Shown here one piece after another: positions 40,367 to 48,969 of a stretch of DNA of 58,414 nucleotides. Below the pieces are notes generated by a model. It worked only from the letters and a program-made list of their open reading frames with translations. It did no database searches and was not told where the DNA came from. Where the stretch lies: positions 1 through 58,414 of the forward strand of contig CAZLRR010000002.1 of NCBI GenBank assembly GCA_964562045.1. Direction: 5' to 3'. Numbering within the stretch: position 1 is the stretch's first letter; each line of letters starts with the position of its first letter. This DNA comes from an uncultured Methanosarcinales archaeon (GTDB lineage: Archaea; Nanobdellota; Nanobdellia; Woesearchaeales; UBA583). Made by a program: the position numbers and the translations under genes.

Positions 40367-40846
40367 ATGGTTTTTAAAAAGTTTAAGGAAATGTTTTCTG
40401 CAAATGATGAAAGATATGAGGCATTGCACCATAGGCATTCTCAGTTAAAATCTGAAAATAAGGCTATTGTTGAGAGGTATGAGCGTAAACTTGAAGATTT
40501 TAGAAAGCACTCTAAAGAGGATTTTGCTAAAAATTTGATTGAGATTTTTGAAGCTTTTGAAGTTGCAAAGGCTGACAGTTTTAAAGTTCGTGCTACAGAT
40601 AAGGAAATTCAGACTTTGCTTATGGATTTAAATAAAGCAGAAAAGGTTTTGAGAGATTATATGCAAAAATTTGCTCTTGAAGAAATTACTGCAGGAGATA
40701 GGATGTATGACCCAGAAATTCACGAGGTTGCTTCATATCAAGATTCTAAAGGAATGCAGAAAGGAATAATTCTAAAAACCGTGAAGAAGGGTTTTAAGTT
40801 TCAGGGGGAAATTATTAAGAAACCAAAAGTTTTAGTAACTAAATAA
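40367..40846 (+). CDS. grpE: Nucleotide exchange factor GrpE (short form)
   Basis: It has a coiled-coil N-terminus and a C-terminal beta domain with MYDPEIHEVAS...GIILKTVKKGFKFQGEIIKKPKVLV. Confidence 0.8.
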   Translation: MVFKKFKEMFSANDERYEALHHRHSQLKSENKAIVERYERKLEDFRKHSKEDFAKNLIEIFEAFEVAKADSFKVRATDKEIQTLLMDLNKAEKVLRDYMQKFALEEITAGDRMYDPEIHEVASYQDSKGMQKGIILKTVKKGFKFQGEIIKKPKVLVTK

Positions 40847-40980
40847 TTTTGTTATTTTTGTCTTTTTGGTTGGTTTTTTATTCTATCTTTGTTTTTTTGA
40901 GTGCTTTTCTGGGATTTTTGTGTTTTTATTACTATGTTATAGCAAGAAAATATTAATTAAACTTAGGTTTTAGTTTTTTT

Positions 40981-41631
40981 ATGGGAATCGTTGCTGTTAT
41001 GTCAAATAAGTTTTCAGTAAAGCCTAGAATTCATAATCCTCAACTTGAGTTGTTAGATTTTTTAAAAGATTTACAAGCTTTAGAATCTAAACTTTGGGGA
41101 GTTATGGTTGTAGAGGTTCAGACAGGAGAGGAGAAAATTGTTGAGGATGTTAATCATTTAGTTTATGCATTAAATACTAAGTCTGAACATGAAATGGGAG
41201 AATTTTTACACAGTAGGGATTTTGCTGTATTTAAAAAAGATTTGGAGAATATGAGAAAAGATTTTCTTGCTTTGAGAAATAAGATTAAAAAACGTGAAAC
41301 ACTGAAAAATTTAATTACTGCATATACTATTAAATTGGTTGACGAACAGAATTATATGAGACTTGAGAAAATATTTTTACTTGAGAAACAGCTTAATGAT
41401 GTGATTGATAAACAGGACGAAGAGTTTTTGAAAATTATTTCTGATGTTAAAACATTGAAGTTTGGTGAGCATGATAGGGTTCAAAAGTTTTTGGATACTT
41501 TAAAACAATTGAGAAGTGTTTTGGGAGGACATTTAGATCATCATGATTTGTGGGAAGAAGAGCGGCAAGGTTATTCTAATGTTTCAAATATTGTTCATTC
41601 TTTGAAAAAAGCAGTTGCCGGAATTAATTAA
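40981..41631 (+). CDS. Hypothetical protein
   Basis: A 216-aa ORF with an ATG start. It looks mostly helical and charged. Confidence 0.5.
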   Translation: MGIVAVMSNKFSVKPRIHNPQLELLDFLKDLQALESKLWGVMVVEVQTGEEKIVEDVNHLVYALNTKSEHEMGEFLHSRDFAVFKKDLENMRKDFLALRNKIKKRETLKNLITAYTIKLVDEQNYMRLEKIFLLEKQLNDVIDKQDEEFLKIISDVKTLKFGEHDRVQKFLDTLKQLRSVLGGHLDHHDLWEEERQGYSNVSNIVHSLKKAVAGIN

Positions 41632-41710
41632 TTCTGCTTATTTTTCCTATTTCTTCGTTGTTTGGTTCCTTATGTATAAATATACACTGCGGAATCAAAC
41701 GCCTTGAACT
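41632..41710 (+). repeat. R2 post-stop-codon element, copy 2
   Basis: It has tatttcttcgtt at 41648-41659 and aatcaaacgcct at 41693-41704. It begins right after the stop at 41629-41631. Confidence 0.75.
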
Positions 41711-41769
41711 AGAAAAAATTAGCTAGAATTAATACTAAATTATTTAAAGGATATAAATATTTTATTTTT

Positions 41770-43131
41770 ATGAGTTTTTTAATAGATTCAACCGAATTTT
41801 ATTTGTTTATTACTTTGTCTACTTTTTTAGGACTAATATTTTTAAATAAATCTACTTTTCGAAAAAAGAAAAAAGGGGGCGGTTGGTTTGAAGATGTTGA
41901 TTGGTTAATTGAGCTATTTAATATTTCTGCATTATTTTTTTCATACATGGTTTTTCTAGGATTAATTTTAGCAACGATTTATTGTATTTTGTTTGTTGTA
42001 AATTCTTCTTCTGAGGAATTCTTTAATTTAGTCATGTCATTAACAAAATTAACTTTTCTTTTAGCAATACCTCTTTTGATTGCAGGAAGTAAAAAAATAT
42101 TTGTAAATAAGTTATCAATTAGAGAAATTGTTGAAAAAATAACTCCTTTATTTTTTATTTTAATAATAGTAAATTTTTTTGTGATTTTTTATGGGAATTA
42201 TTCTAATTCTTTTACAAATATATTATACAATTCATTTATTATTTATTATTTTATTGCGGCATATGTTTTTTATTTAATTTTTGGATATTATGGTATTGGT
42301 TTTAAAAAAAATTTTAGAGAGAATTGGAAATGTTATCTTTTCATTATAATTCTAATAATCGTTGGTTGTGTTTTCATATTTAATAAGAATACTATTGAAA
42401 AAACAAATTCAAATTTAGAGAGTTATTTTTGTGATGGGCGCGGTTGTTCGGCGTTATGGGTTGATTCTTATAACTATGATAAAACTGTCATTAATGACAA
42501 AATATTTGATTTTCATTATTATGATAAATTAATTTTTAATTATTCACAAAATAATGTTGAGTATTATGGAAAACCATTAAGAATTTTGTTTTATGACAAA
42601 GAAGGCAACTGGTTAGATGTAATTGAAAATCCCGAAGATAAAGTTGAAACCAAAAATTTTACCTTATATCTAGATTCTGAAAAAAAGAATATAATTGTGG
42701 ATATGGAAAATGAGGATTTTATGTCAAAGCTAAGTTCTATATCTATTTTAAGTTGGGAAAAGAGTTCTGAGAAAGTTAAAGGTTTACCACAGACATTTAA
42801 CCAACCCTCGTATATGGTTGATGCATATTTTGTTTGGTTAGATAGGAGAAATCCCGAATATGTTTTACATAAATTTAAAGATAAAGAAGTTATTTTTGAT
42901 GATTTTTGGGTTAGAATTTACCATAAAGAAAATTGTAGTTTTACAAATTTAACTAATTTACAAGGATTTTATCAACGTGTCTCATATTGTGAACCAACTA
43001 ACTGTCGATTAGAAAAAAAAGGAATAAATTTAAATTTCAGATTTACAAATAATAATAATATTTTGCTATCTGGAAACATAAAAGAAGGAATTTCAAATGT
43101 TTCTTTTGAATTGCCAGTTATTTGTGATTAA
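41770..43131 (+). CDS. Polytopic membrane protein with a C-terminal extracytoplasmic domain
   Basis: A 453-aa ORF with about 6 N-terminal TM helices. Confidence 0.55.
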   Translation: MSFLIDSTEFYLFITLSTFLGLIFLNKSTFRKKKKGGGWFEDVDWLIELFNISALFFSYMVFLGLILATIYCILFVVNSSSEEFFNLVMSLTKLTFLLAIPLLIAGSKKIFVNKLSIREIVEKITPLFFILIIVNFFVIFYGNYSNSFTNILYNSFIIYYFIAAYVFYLIFGYYGIGFKKNFRENWKCYLFIIILIIVGCVFIFNKNTIEKTNSNLESYFCDGRGCSALWVDSYNYDKTVINDKIFDFHYYDKLIFNYSQNNVEYYGKPLRILFYDKEGNWLDVIENPEDKVETKNFTLYLDSEKKNIIVDMENEDFMSKLSSISILSWEKSSEKVKGLPQTFNQPSYMVDAYFVWLDRRNPEYVLHKFKDKEVIFDDFWVRIYHKENCSFTNLTNLQGFYQRVSYCEPTNCRLEKKGINLNFRFTNNNNILLSGNIKEGISNVSFELPVICD

Positions 43132-44275
43132 AGAATTCTCTTAACTTTTTTTGGTTTTTGTTTTCTCGAAGTGTTCGACTTTCTAAATATAATTTTTCGA
43201 ACACTTTATTTTTCGTGTGGAGAAATTCAATCATTTCTTTTTCGTTTGAGCAAGAAAAGATTTTATTTTTCATTGCATCACGAATGCTTTCTCTAACTAA
43301 AACTACTCCGAGGGGCAAGTCATAGTCTTCAATTAATCTTATGCAAAGAATTGATGCTTGCTTTTTAATTTCCATTAGGTGTTCAGAGACTGCAACTTTT
43401 GATGCATAGAATCCTCCTGCAGTTTCGGGTTCTTCTTTGTCGAGTTTATTTTCAAAACTTGAGTAGTCGCAAAGTTTTTGCCCAAACCATTCTATGTTTT
43501 CGAAACTTTGATTGTTTGGAATTAGAATTATTAGAAATGTATTTCCTTTATTGTAGGATTGGAAAATTTGAAATTCGTTTATTATTTTGAATTGAGTGAG
43601 TTTTTGATGTAAGTAATTTTCTATGCATTTATCATAAGCTGTTATTGCCCAACGAGTTGGAACTAGTTTTTTGTTCATATTTATCCCAAAACTTCCCAGA
43701 GCTAAAAGATTGATTATTTGATGTTCGTTGGTTCCTTTTTCGTAGAGTGAGATTATTGCTTCTTTTGATTTTATGTCTTCTTGTGTGTATTTTTCAACTT
43801 GTTTTGAGGTTTGGGCGTTCTCATTAGTTTGGAGTTTTTGGAGTGGATTTTTCGAGCCCATGATTCCTGAGACTTTGTTTACTAAAACTTTGTCGAATTT
43901 GAGTTCTTTTTCAAATTCTGTTGTGAAGTTTGGGTCATTTTTTGCTTTGTAGATATCTTCAATTTCTTTTTTTATTTTATCATCAACTTTTCGAATATGT
44001 TCTTTGTTTGTTGTTCCGAGTATGTTTTTTGCTTTGAATTTGAATATGTCTGAGTAATCTTTTTTGACTATTTCTGCTGTGTTTTTATAGCCGGCTTTTT
44101 TATCTTCTGTTTGGATGTTATGAATTGAGAGGCATGGATAGTTTTTCTCCCCGACAATTGAGGATGCTGCATATCCTTCGAGCTCTTTTGTTGGTTTTAG
44201 CGTTTGTTGATACTTTTTAATTTCGTTATAGAATTCAAGTTTTGTTTTACTTAAGAGCTCTCTTTTTATCGACAT
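43118..44275 (-). CDS. NreA-like archaeal DNA repair protein with a C-terminal PIP box
   Basis: The size (385 aa) and the VPTRWAITAYD segment fit my recollection of the Nre family. The C-terminal QKKLREFF matches the PCNA-interacting QxxLxxFF consensus. No homology search was possible. Confidence 0.45.
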   Translation of the reverse strand: MSIKRELLSKTKLEFYNEIKKYQQTLKPTKELEGYAASSIVGEKNYPCLSIHNIQTEDKKAGYKNTAEIVKKDYSDIFKFKAKNILGTTNKEHIRKVDDKIKKEIEDIYKAKNDPNFTTEFEKELKFDKVLVNKVSGIMGSKNPLQKLQTNENAQTSKQVEKYTQEDIKSKEAIISLYEKGTNEHQIINLLALGSFGINMNKKLVPTRWAITAYDKCIENYLHQKLTQFKIINEFQIFQSYNKGNTFLIILIPNNQSFENIEWFGQKLCDYSSFENKLDKEEPETAGGFYASKVAVSEHLMEIKKQASILCIRLIEDYDLPLGVVLVRESIRDAMKNKIFSCSNEKEMIEFLHTKNKVFEKLYLESRTLRENKNQKKLREFFNHK

Positions 44276-44355
44276 AATTATGTATTGAGAATTAAGTATT
44301 TAATCTTTTGGTTAGACAAAAATATTTAAACTTTGAAATTTATTATATTTTAAAG

Positions 44356-44700
44356 ATGGGTGGAGTAAGCTGTCAAAATAAAATTATTGAGATATTAAGA
44401 AAAATTGGGGTGAAGAATTTTACGGTTGATGAGTCAAAAGGCGGAATTAATTTTATGTTTCATACTAAACATTTTATTAAACATGATAAAAATAGTAAAT
44501 CTTTGATTGTTTCTGTTGAACATGTTGGTCGGCGAGAACCTGAATTGGGAGGGAATTTAGAAGTGAATTTTCTTCTTGTAACTAATTTGAAAAGAGTTCT
44601 CTCAGAGATGTATCCAAGTAGAAAAATTGAATTTGAATATTCTCGAGATCAAGAAGAGTGTAGATTTTATGACGTTAAAGATAGCGAAGTTTTAGTCTAG
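44356..44700 (+). CDS. Hypothetical protein (114 aa)
   Basis: The ATG at 44356 lies about 25 nt after the TATA-like aaatatttaaac. The ORF-track start at 44308 is TTG. Confidence 0.45.
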   Translation: MGGVSCQNKIIEILRKIGVKNFTVDESKGGINFMFHTKHFIKHDKNSKSLIVSVEHVGRREPELGGNLEVNFLLVTNLKRVLSEMYPSRKIEFEYSRDQEECRFYDVKDSEVLV

Positions 44701-44770
44701 CTTATCCCGTTTTAGCGTTTTTTATCCTGAGCGATAGATTTATAAATTGTGTTCTCTTATTAGGAGTTAT

Positions 44771-45313
44771 ATGGATAGGGTGGATGTTTTAACTAGAGAT
44801 AGTGAGGTAACTGATTTTTATTTTACTAAAGTTTTAGATAAAGAAAAAGAAGTTTCAAAACTAAAAGATGGTGTTCGAGAGGTATTTGGAGCCTTCGTTG
44901 GAAATTTGGGAGTTTTAGGTTTATATGTTGATGGAGATTCTTCAATGAATTTTACAAGAGAAGTTCCAAAATATGGGGGCGGAACTATTATCGAAGAATA
45001 TCAAATCTTTGAATCTTCTCAAGAAAATGGACTTTCAAGAATAGGAGTAAAAATTTTACAAGGAGATTTTGATAACGAGGACTGGGGAAGAAGAGATACT
45101 GATGGAAATGACTCTGAAGTGAGTGAAATTGTTGTGGGAGAGTTGGAAAAAATTCTGGGGTCAACACCTAGGGATTGTGGTAGAAAATCAGTTTTCTTTG
45201 ACCGTATATGTTTGGATAGATATGTTCCAGAGAACTCAATAGTTGGAGAAGAGCCGATATATGATTCTAATGGTCAGGTTTGCGGATACCAAATGAGCCT
45301 GAGGTTTGATTAA
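44771..45313 (+). CDS. Hypothetical protein (180 aa)
   Basis: The first ATG is at 44771. I recognised no motif. Confidence 0.45.
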   Translation: MDRVDVLTRDSEVTDFYFTKVLDKEKEVSKLKDGVREVFGAFVGNLGVLGLYVDGDSSMNFTREVPKYGGGTIIEEYQIFESSQENGLSRIGVKILQGDFDNEDWGRRDTDGNDSEVSEIVVGELEKILGSTPRDCGRKSVFFDRICLDRYVPENSIVGEEPIYDSNGQVCGYQMSLRFD

Positions 45314-45372
45314 ACTTTAACAATTATTAAAGTTATACATTTCTTTTTAAATTCTGAAAACATTTCAATTCT

Positions 45373-47466
45373 ATGAAAAAAATATTTTTCGCAATTTTGG
45401 CAATTTTTATGCTCGGTTTTGCGGGTTGCATGGCTGTTGTTGACGGAAATAATGGAACAGATAATAGTTCTGTGATTTCTGATTTGAAATCTGATGATTT
45501 TGTTAAGATAGAGTCAAAAGCTCAGCTTCAAGAGTATTTGATTAAAAATACTGCCGAAAATTTTGTTTTCTCAGGTTTTAGAGGAGGTTTTGAAGCTAAA
45601 TCTTTGTCTGCAGATAGTGTGGCTCAAGAAAGTGGAACTTCTGGTTCTGGAGATTATACAACTACAAATGTCCAAGAAAAAGGTGTTGATGAAGCAGATT
45701 TAGTGAAAACTGATGGAGATTATATTTATGTTTTAGGAAATAATAATTTAATCATTTATGATGCTAAAAGTCCTGAGAATACTAAAGAGATTTTGATTAA
45801 AGAATTTGATGGTAATTACGAGGAACTGTTTATCACGAAAAATAAAGTTATTCTTCTTGGAAATGCAAGAGAAGAAGTTTGGAGAGTTGACGGATATAAT
45901 TTTGTGCCGAGAAAGTCTTTTGAGTATTCTACAAGTGTTCTGGTGTATGAGTTTGATGGAGAGAATATTGAAATTGAAAAGAATTATTCTTTGACTGGGA
46001 ATTATTATGATTCCAGACTTATTGGAGATGATTTGTATTTTGTTTCTCAAGAGTATGTATATGGTTTGTGGGAAGGTCCAATGCCCCTTTTAAAAGCAGG
46101 AGATGTTGAGATAGAGTCTGAATTTTATATTCTGCCAAATCCGCAGGGAAGTTATGTGACTTATAGTATTGCGGGAGTTTCTCTTGATGATTTGGAAGAT
46201 GCAGATGTTCAAAGTTTTATGGCAGGTTATGATACTACTTTTTATGTGAGCGAGAATAATATTTATTTCGCATCTAAAAAACCTTGGAGTTACCATAATA
46301 ATTTTGAGCAAAGAGTTGAAAGATTTGAAGAGGCTGTTCTTCCTTTACTTGATTTGAAAACTCAGATGAAAATTGAGGATTTAAGAAAAGATGAAGATAC
46401 TTATTTTGAAGATGTTGCAAAGATAATGCAAGAGATGTATGGGGAGTTGTCTGAGAAGGAAGCTGAGAATTTGGCAGAAGAGATTGAGGAATCATTAGAT
46501 GAGTATGATGTTAAAATGGCCAAGGAGAAGGATAAAACTGACATTTTTAAGTTGAGTCTTGATGGCGGAAAAGTTGAATTGGAAGAGAAAGGGGAAGTTA
46601 GAGGTTCTTTATTGAATCAGTTTTCTTTGAGTGAGTATGATGGAAATTTGAGGGTTGCTACAACTTCATCTTTTTGGTCAAATGAAAATGGCAGAGAACA
46701 GTCTAATAATGTTTATGTGTTAGATGAAAGTTTGGAAGTTATTGGAAGTCTTGAAGATTTGGCGGAGGACGAGAGAATTTATTCTGCAAGGTTTGAAGCA
46801 GATAAATTATATTTGGTTACTTTTAAACAAGTTGATCCTTTCTTTGTAATTGATTTGGAAGATCCAACAAATCCCGAGGTTTTAGGTTATTTGAAATTGC
46901 CAGGATTTTCTAAGTATTTGCATAAGATTTCAGAAGACGTTGTAATCGGAATTGGTCAGGATACAAAAGAGTCTGAGTGGGGAGGAGTAGTTACAAATGG
47001 TTTGAAGTTTACACTTTTTGATGTGTCAGACTTTGAAAATCCAAAAGAACTTGATTCATATTATGTTGAAGGAAGATATTCAAATAGTGAAGTTTTAAAT
47101 GAGCATAAAGCTTTTTTTTATGATGAATCTAGAAGTCTTCTTGCAATTCCTGTTTCAAAGTCTCGGGATTTAGATGAGAAGTATTATCGTGCAGAGTATT
47201 GGCAAGGCGTTTTAGTATTTGATTTAGAAAATAACGAATTTGATTTGCTTAAAGAGATTGAGCATTCGGAGTGGGGAGATAGAAATCGTTGGAATTCTGG
47301 AGTTAGGAGAGTTTTGAGAATTGATGAGGTAATGTTTACAGTATCTAATACTGAGATGATTTTAACTGATTTGGGAGATTTTAATCAAATCGAAGAATTT
47401 GAGTTTCCAGAGTCTGAACAATACGTAGAACCTTATTCTGGAAGTAAAGAGATTATGATTGAATAA
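45373..47466 (+). CDS. Secreted lipoprotein with a C-terminal beta-propeller domain (COG4880-type)
   Basis: It has the lipobox-like LGFAGC. The segments TNVQEKGVDEADLVKTDGDYIYVL, FSLSEYDGNLRVATT and YLVTFKQVDPFFVIDLEDPTNPEVLGYLKLPGFSKYLH are characteristic. Confidence 0.7.
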   Translation: MKKIFFAILAIFMLGFAGCMAVVDGNNGTDNSSVISDLKSDDFVKIESKAQLQEYLIKNTAENFVFSGFRGGFEAKSLSADSVAQESGTSGSGDYTTTNVQEKGVDEADLVKTDGDYIYVLGNNNLIIYDAKSPENTKEILIKEFDGNYEELFITKNKVILLGNAREEVWRVDGYNFVPRKSFEYSTSVLVYEFDGENIEIEKNYSLTGNYYDSRLIGDDLYFVSQEYVYGLWEGPMPLLKAGDVEIESEFYILPNPQGSYVTYSIAGVSLDDLEDADVQSFMAGYDTTFYVSENNIYFASKKPWSYHNNFEQRVERFEEAVLPLLDLKTQMKIEDLRKDEDTYFEDVAKIMQEMYGELSEKEAENLAEEIEESLDEYDVKMAKEKDKTDIFKLSLDGGKVELEEKGEVRGSLLNQFSLSEYDGNLRVATTSSFWSNENGREQSNNVYVLDESLEVIGSLEDLAEDERIYSARFEADKLYLVTFKQVDPFFVIDLEDPTNPEVLGYLKLPGFSKYLHKISEDVVIGIGQDTKESEWGGVVTNGLKFTLFDVSDFENPKELDSYYVEGRYSNSEVLNEHKAFFYDESRSLLAIPVSKSRDLDEKYYRAEYWQGVLVFDLENNEFDLLKEIEHSEWGDRNRWNSGVRRVLRIDEVMFTVSNTEMILTDLGDFNQIEEFEFPESEQYVEPYSGSKEIMIE

Positions 47467-47492
47467 AATTAGTAGAAAAATCTCTTTTTTCT

Positions 47493-47530
47493 AAAAATTC
47501 TACTGACTTCATCACTCAGTTTTATAAATG
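47493..47530 (+). promoter_or_regulatory. Promoter block of the DinD-like gene, shared with radA
   Basis: aaaaattctactgacttcatcactcagttttataaatg matches 28111-28148 at 31 of 38 positions. The TATA ends 21 nt before the ATG at 47551. An inverted agtagaa lies at about 47471-47478. Confidence 0.55.
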
Positions 47531-47550
47531 TAATATTTCTAATTTAAGTT

Positions 47551-48496
47551 ATGGAAGACAAATTAATAATTTTTGAGGACAAAAAGATTAGGAGAATTTG
47601 GTTTAATGAAGAATGGTATTATTCTGTTGTTGATATTATTGAAGTATTAGTTGAAGCAAGTATTCCTAGGAGATATTGGTCTGATTTGAAGGCTAAAATG
47701 CAAAAAGATGAAGGTTTTGAGTTGTACGATTTTATCGTACAACTGAAATTAGAGGCTTCTGACGGGAAGAAATATGTAACTGATTGTGCTAATACAAAAT
47801 CTATATTTCGTATAATTCAGTCAATCCCATCAAAAAGAGTTGAACCTTTCAAACAATGGTTTGCTCAATTAGGAGAAGAAAGACTTGATGAAATTCAAAA
47901 TCCTTCATTAGCAGTTGAAAGATCTAGAGAATATTATAGAACAAAGGGCTATCCAAAAGCATGGATTGATAAAGAAAAAATCGCTGACTCACTCTATCTC
48001 CACCTAAAGGATGGAGTATTACGAGCGAGTCTTATTCGCGATTTTTAGTCATTCCTTAGAATATACATTTCATCCCCAACTTAAAAGTTGGGGTATTCCA
48101 AGGAATAAAAGATTAGAATCAACTCAAATAAGACAAGATTTGACTGACGAATGGAACGAAAGAGGAATAAAAGAGAGAAAAGATTATGCTATTTTAACTA
48201 ATGAAATTCATAAGGCTACTTTTGATAAGAACATTAAAGAACATAAAGAATTCAAAGATTTATCTAAGAGAAATAACTTAAGAGATAATATGACAACTTT
48301 AGAATTGATTTTTTCAATGCTAGGAGAACATGCAACTAAGGAAATAACTAAATCTAAAGATTCAACTGGCTTTGGCGAATGTTTTGATAGTGCTCAAACG
48401 GGCGGAAAAATTGCAGGAAATGCAAGAAAAGAACTTGAAAAACAAACAAAGCAAAAAGTAATTTCTAAGGGTGGCGAGGTAAAGAGGTTGGAGTAA
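47551..48496 (+). pseudogene. Bro-N / DinD-like (DNA-damage-inducible protein D family) gene, split into two ORFs by a 131-bp insertion
   Basis: The N-terminal part is IRRIWFNEEWYYSVVDIIEVL...SIPSKRVEPFKQWFAQLGEERL. The C-terminal part is RLESTQIRQDLTDEWNERG...NLRDNMT. Deleting 47974-48109 (136 nt) restores one 269-aa frame. Confidence 0.75.
47974..48104 (+). mobile_element. R3 small insertion element (131 bp) flanked by a 5-bp direct repeat (ataaa)
   Basis: The direct repeats are at 47969-47973 and 48105-48109. There is an internal near-perfect 20-nt palindrome ccccaacttaaaagttgggg nested inside attccttagaata/tattccaaggaat. A second copy lies at 11159-11264. Confidence 0.7.
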
Positions 48497-48512
48497 TTTT
48501 TTAAAGTTAATT

Positions 48513-48793
48513 ATTTGAAATAATCTCAAATTATAAGAAAAAAAAGTTGGCATTTTTGTTATATGGGTTATTGAAGATTAAAATTTTAATAGATTTAATT
48601 CCCCAAACCTCCCCAAAAACTTCGTTTTTGCTAGCCAATTTTAGAATTAAAATCCTAATCTTTGAGATGTTATACAATACATTCTTGCCAACTTTTAAGA
48701 TGCCTTCAGCCTCCCCCTAAAAAATCCAATTTGTTTGTTTTTTAGTATGGATTTTTCAGCCACACCGAGGTCTTTAAATTAAGAGATTCAATC
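48513..48793 (+). repeat. R1 nested-hairpin repeat, copy a (module 1 complete, module 2 reduced to a short hairpin)
   Basis: Positions 48601-48699 are essentially identical to 58032-58130. The basal stem is aaaagttggca/tgccaactttt, the second hairpin is aaaaatcca/tggattttt, and the tail is cagccacaccgagg. Confidence 0.85.
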
Positions 48794-48969
48794 AAATTAT
48801 TTGAAAATAGATTATTTTGGAGATTATTATTGAATAATTCTTCCCAAATCCTAAAAACACACAAAGTTTTCCCAAATCTGATAAAAAATCAAAAAGTTTA
48901 TAAATAAAAATTTCTTAATAGTTTTATCAAAAACGTAAAATTATAATGAAATTGCGTAAAACATAAAAA

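Noticed and set aside
47969-48115. Whether the 136-nt interruption of the DinD-like gene is an archaeal bulge-helix-bulge intron.
   Set aside because: Only a 5-bp exon-exon pairing (ttgat/atcaa) is available. No 3-4-3 bulge-helix-bulge geometry places the splice sites at the frame-restoring junction. A second copy sits in an intergenic region, which favours a mobile insertion. RNA-level removal is not formally excluded.
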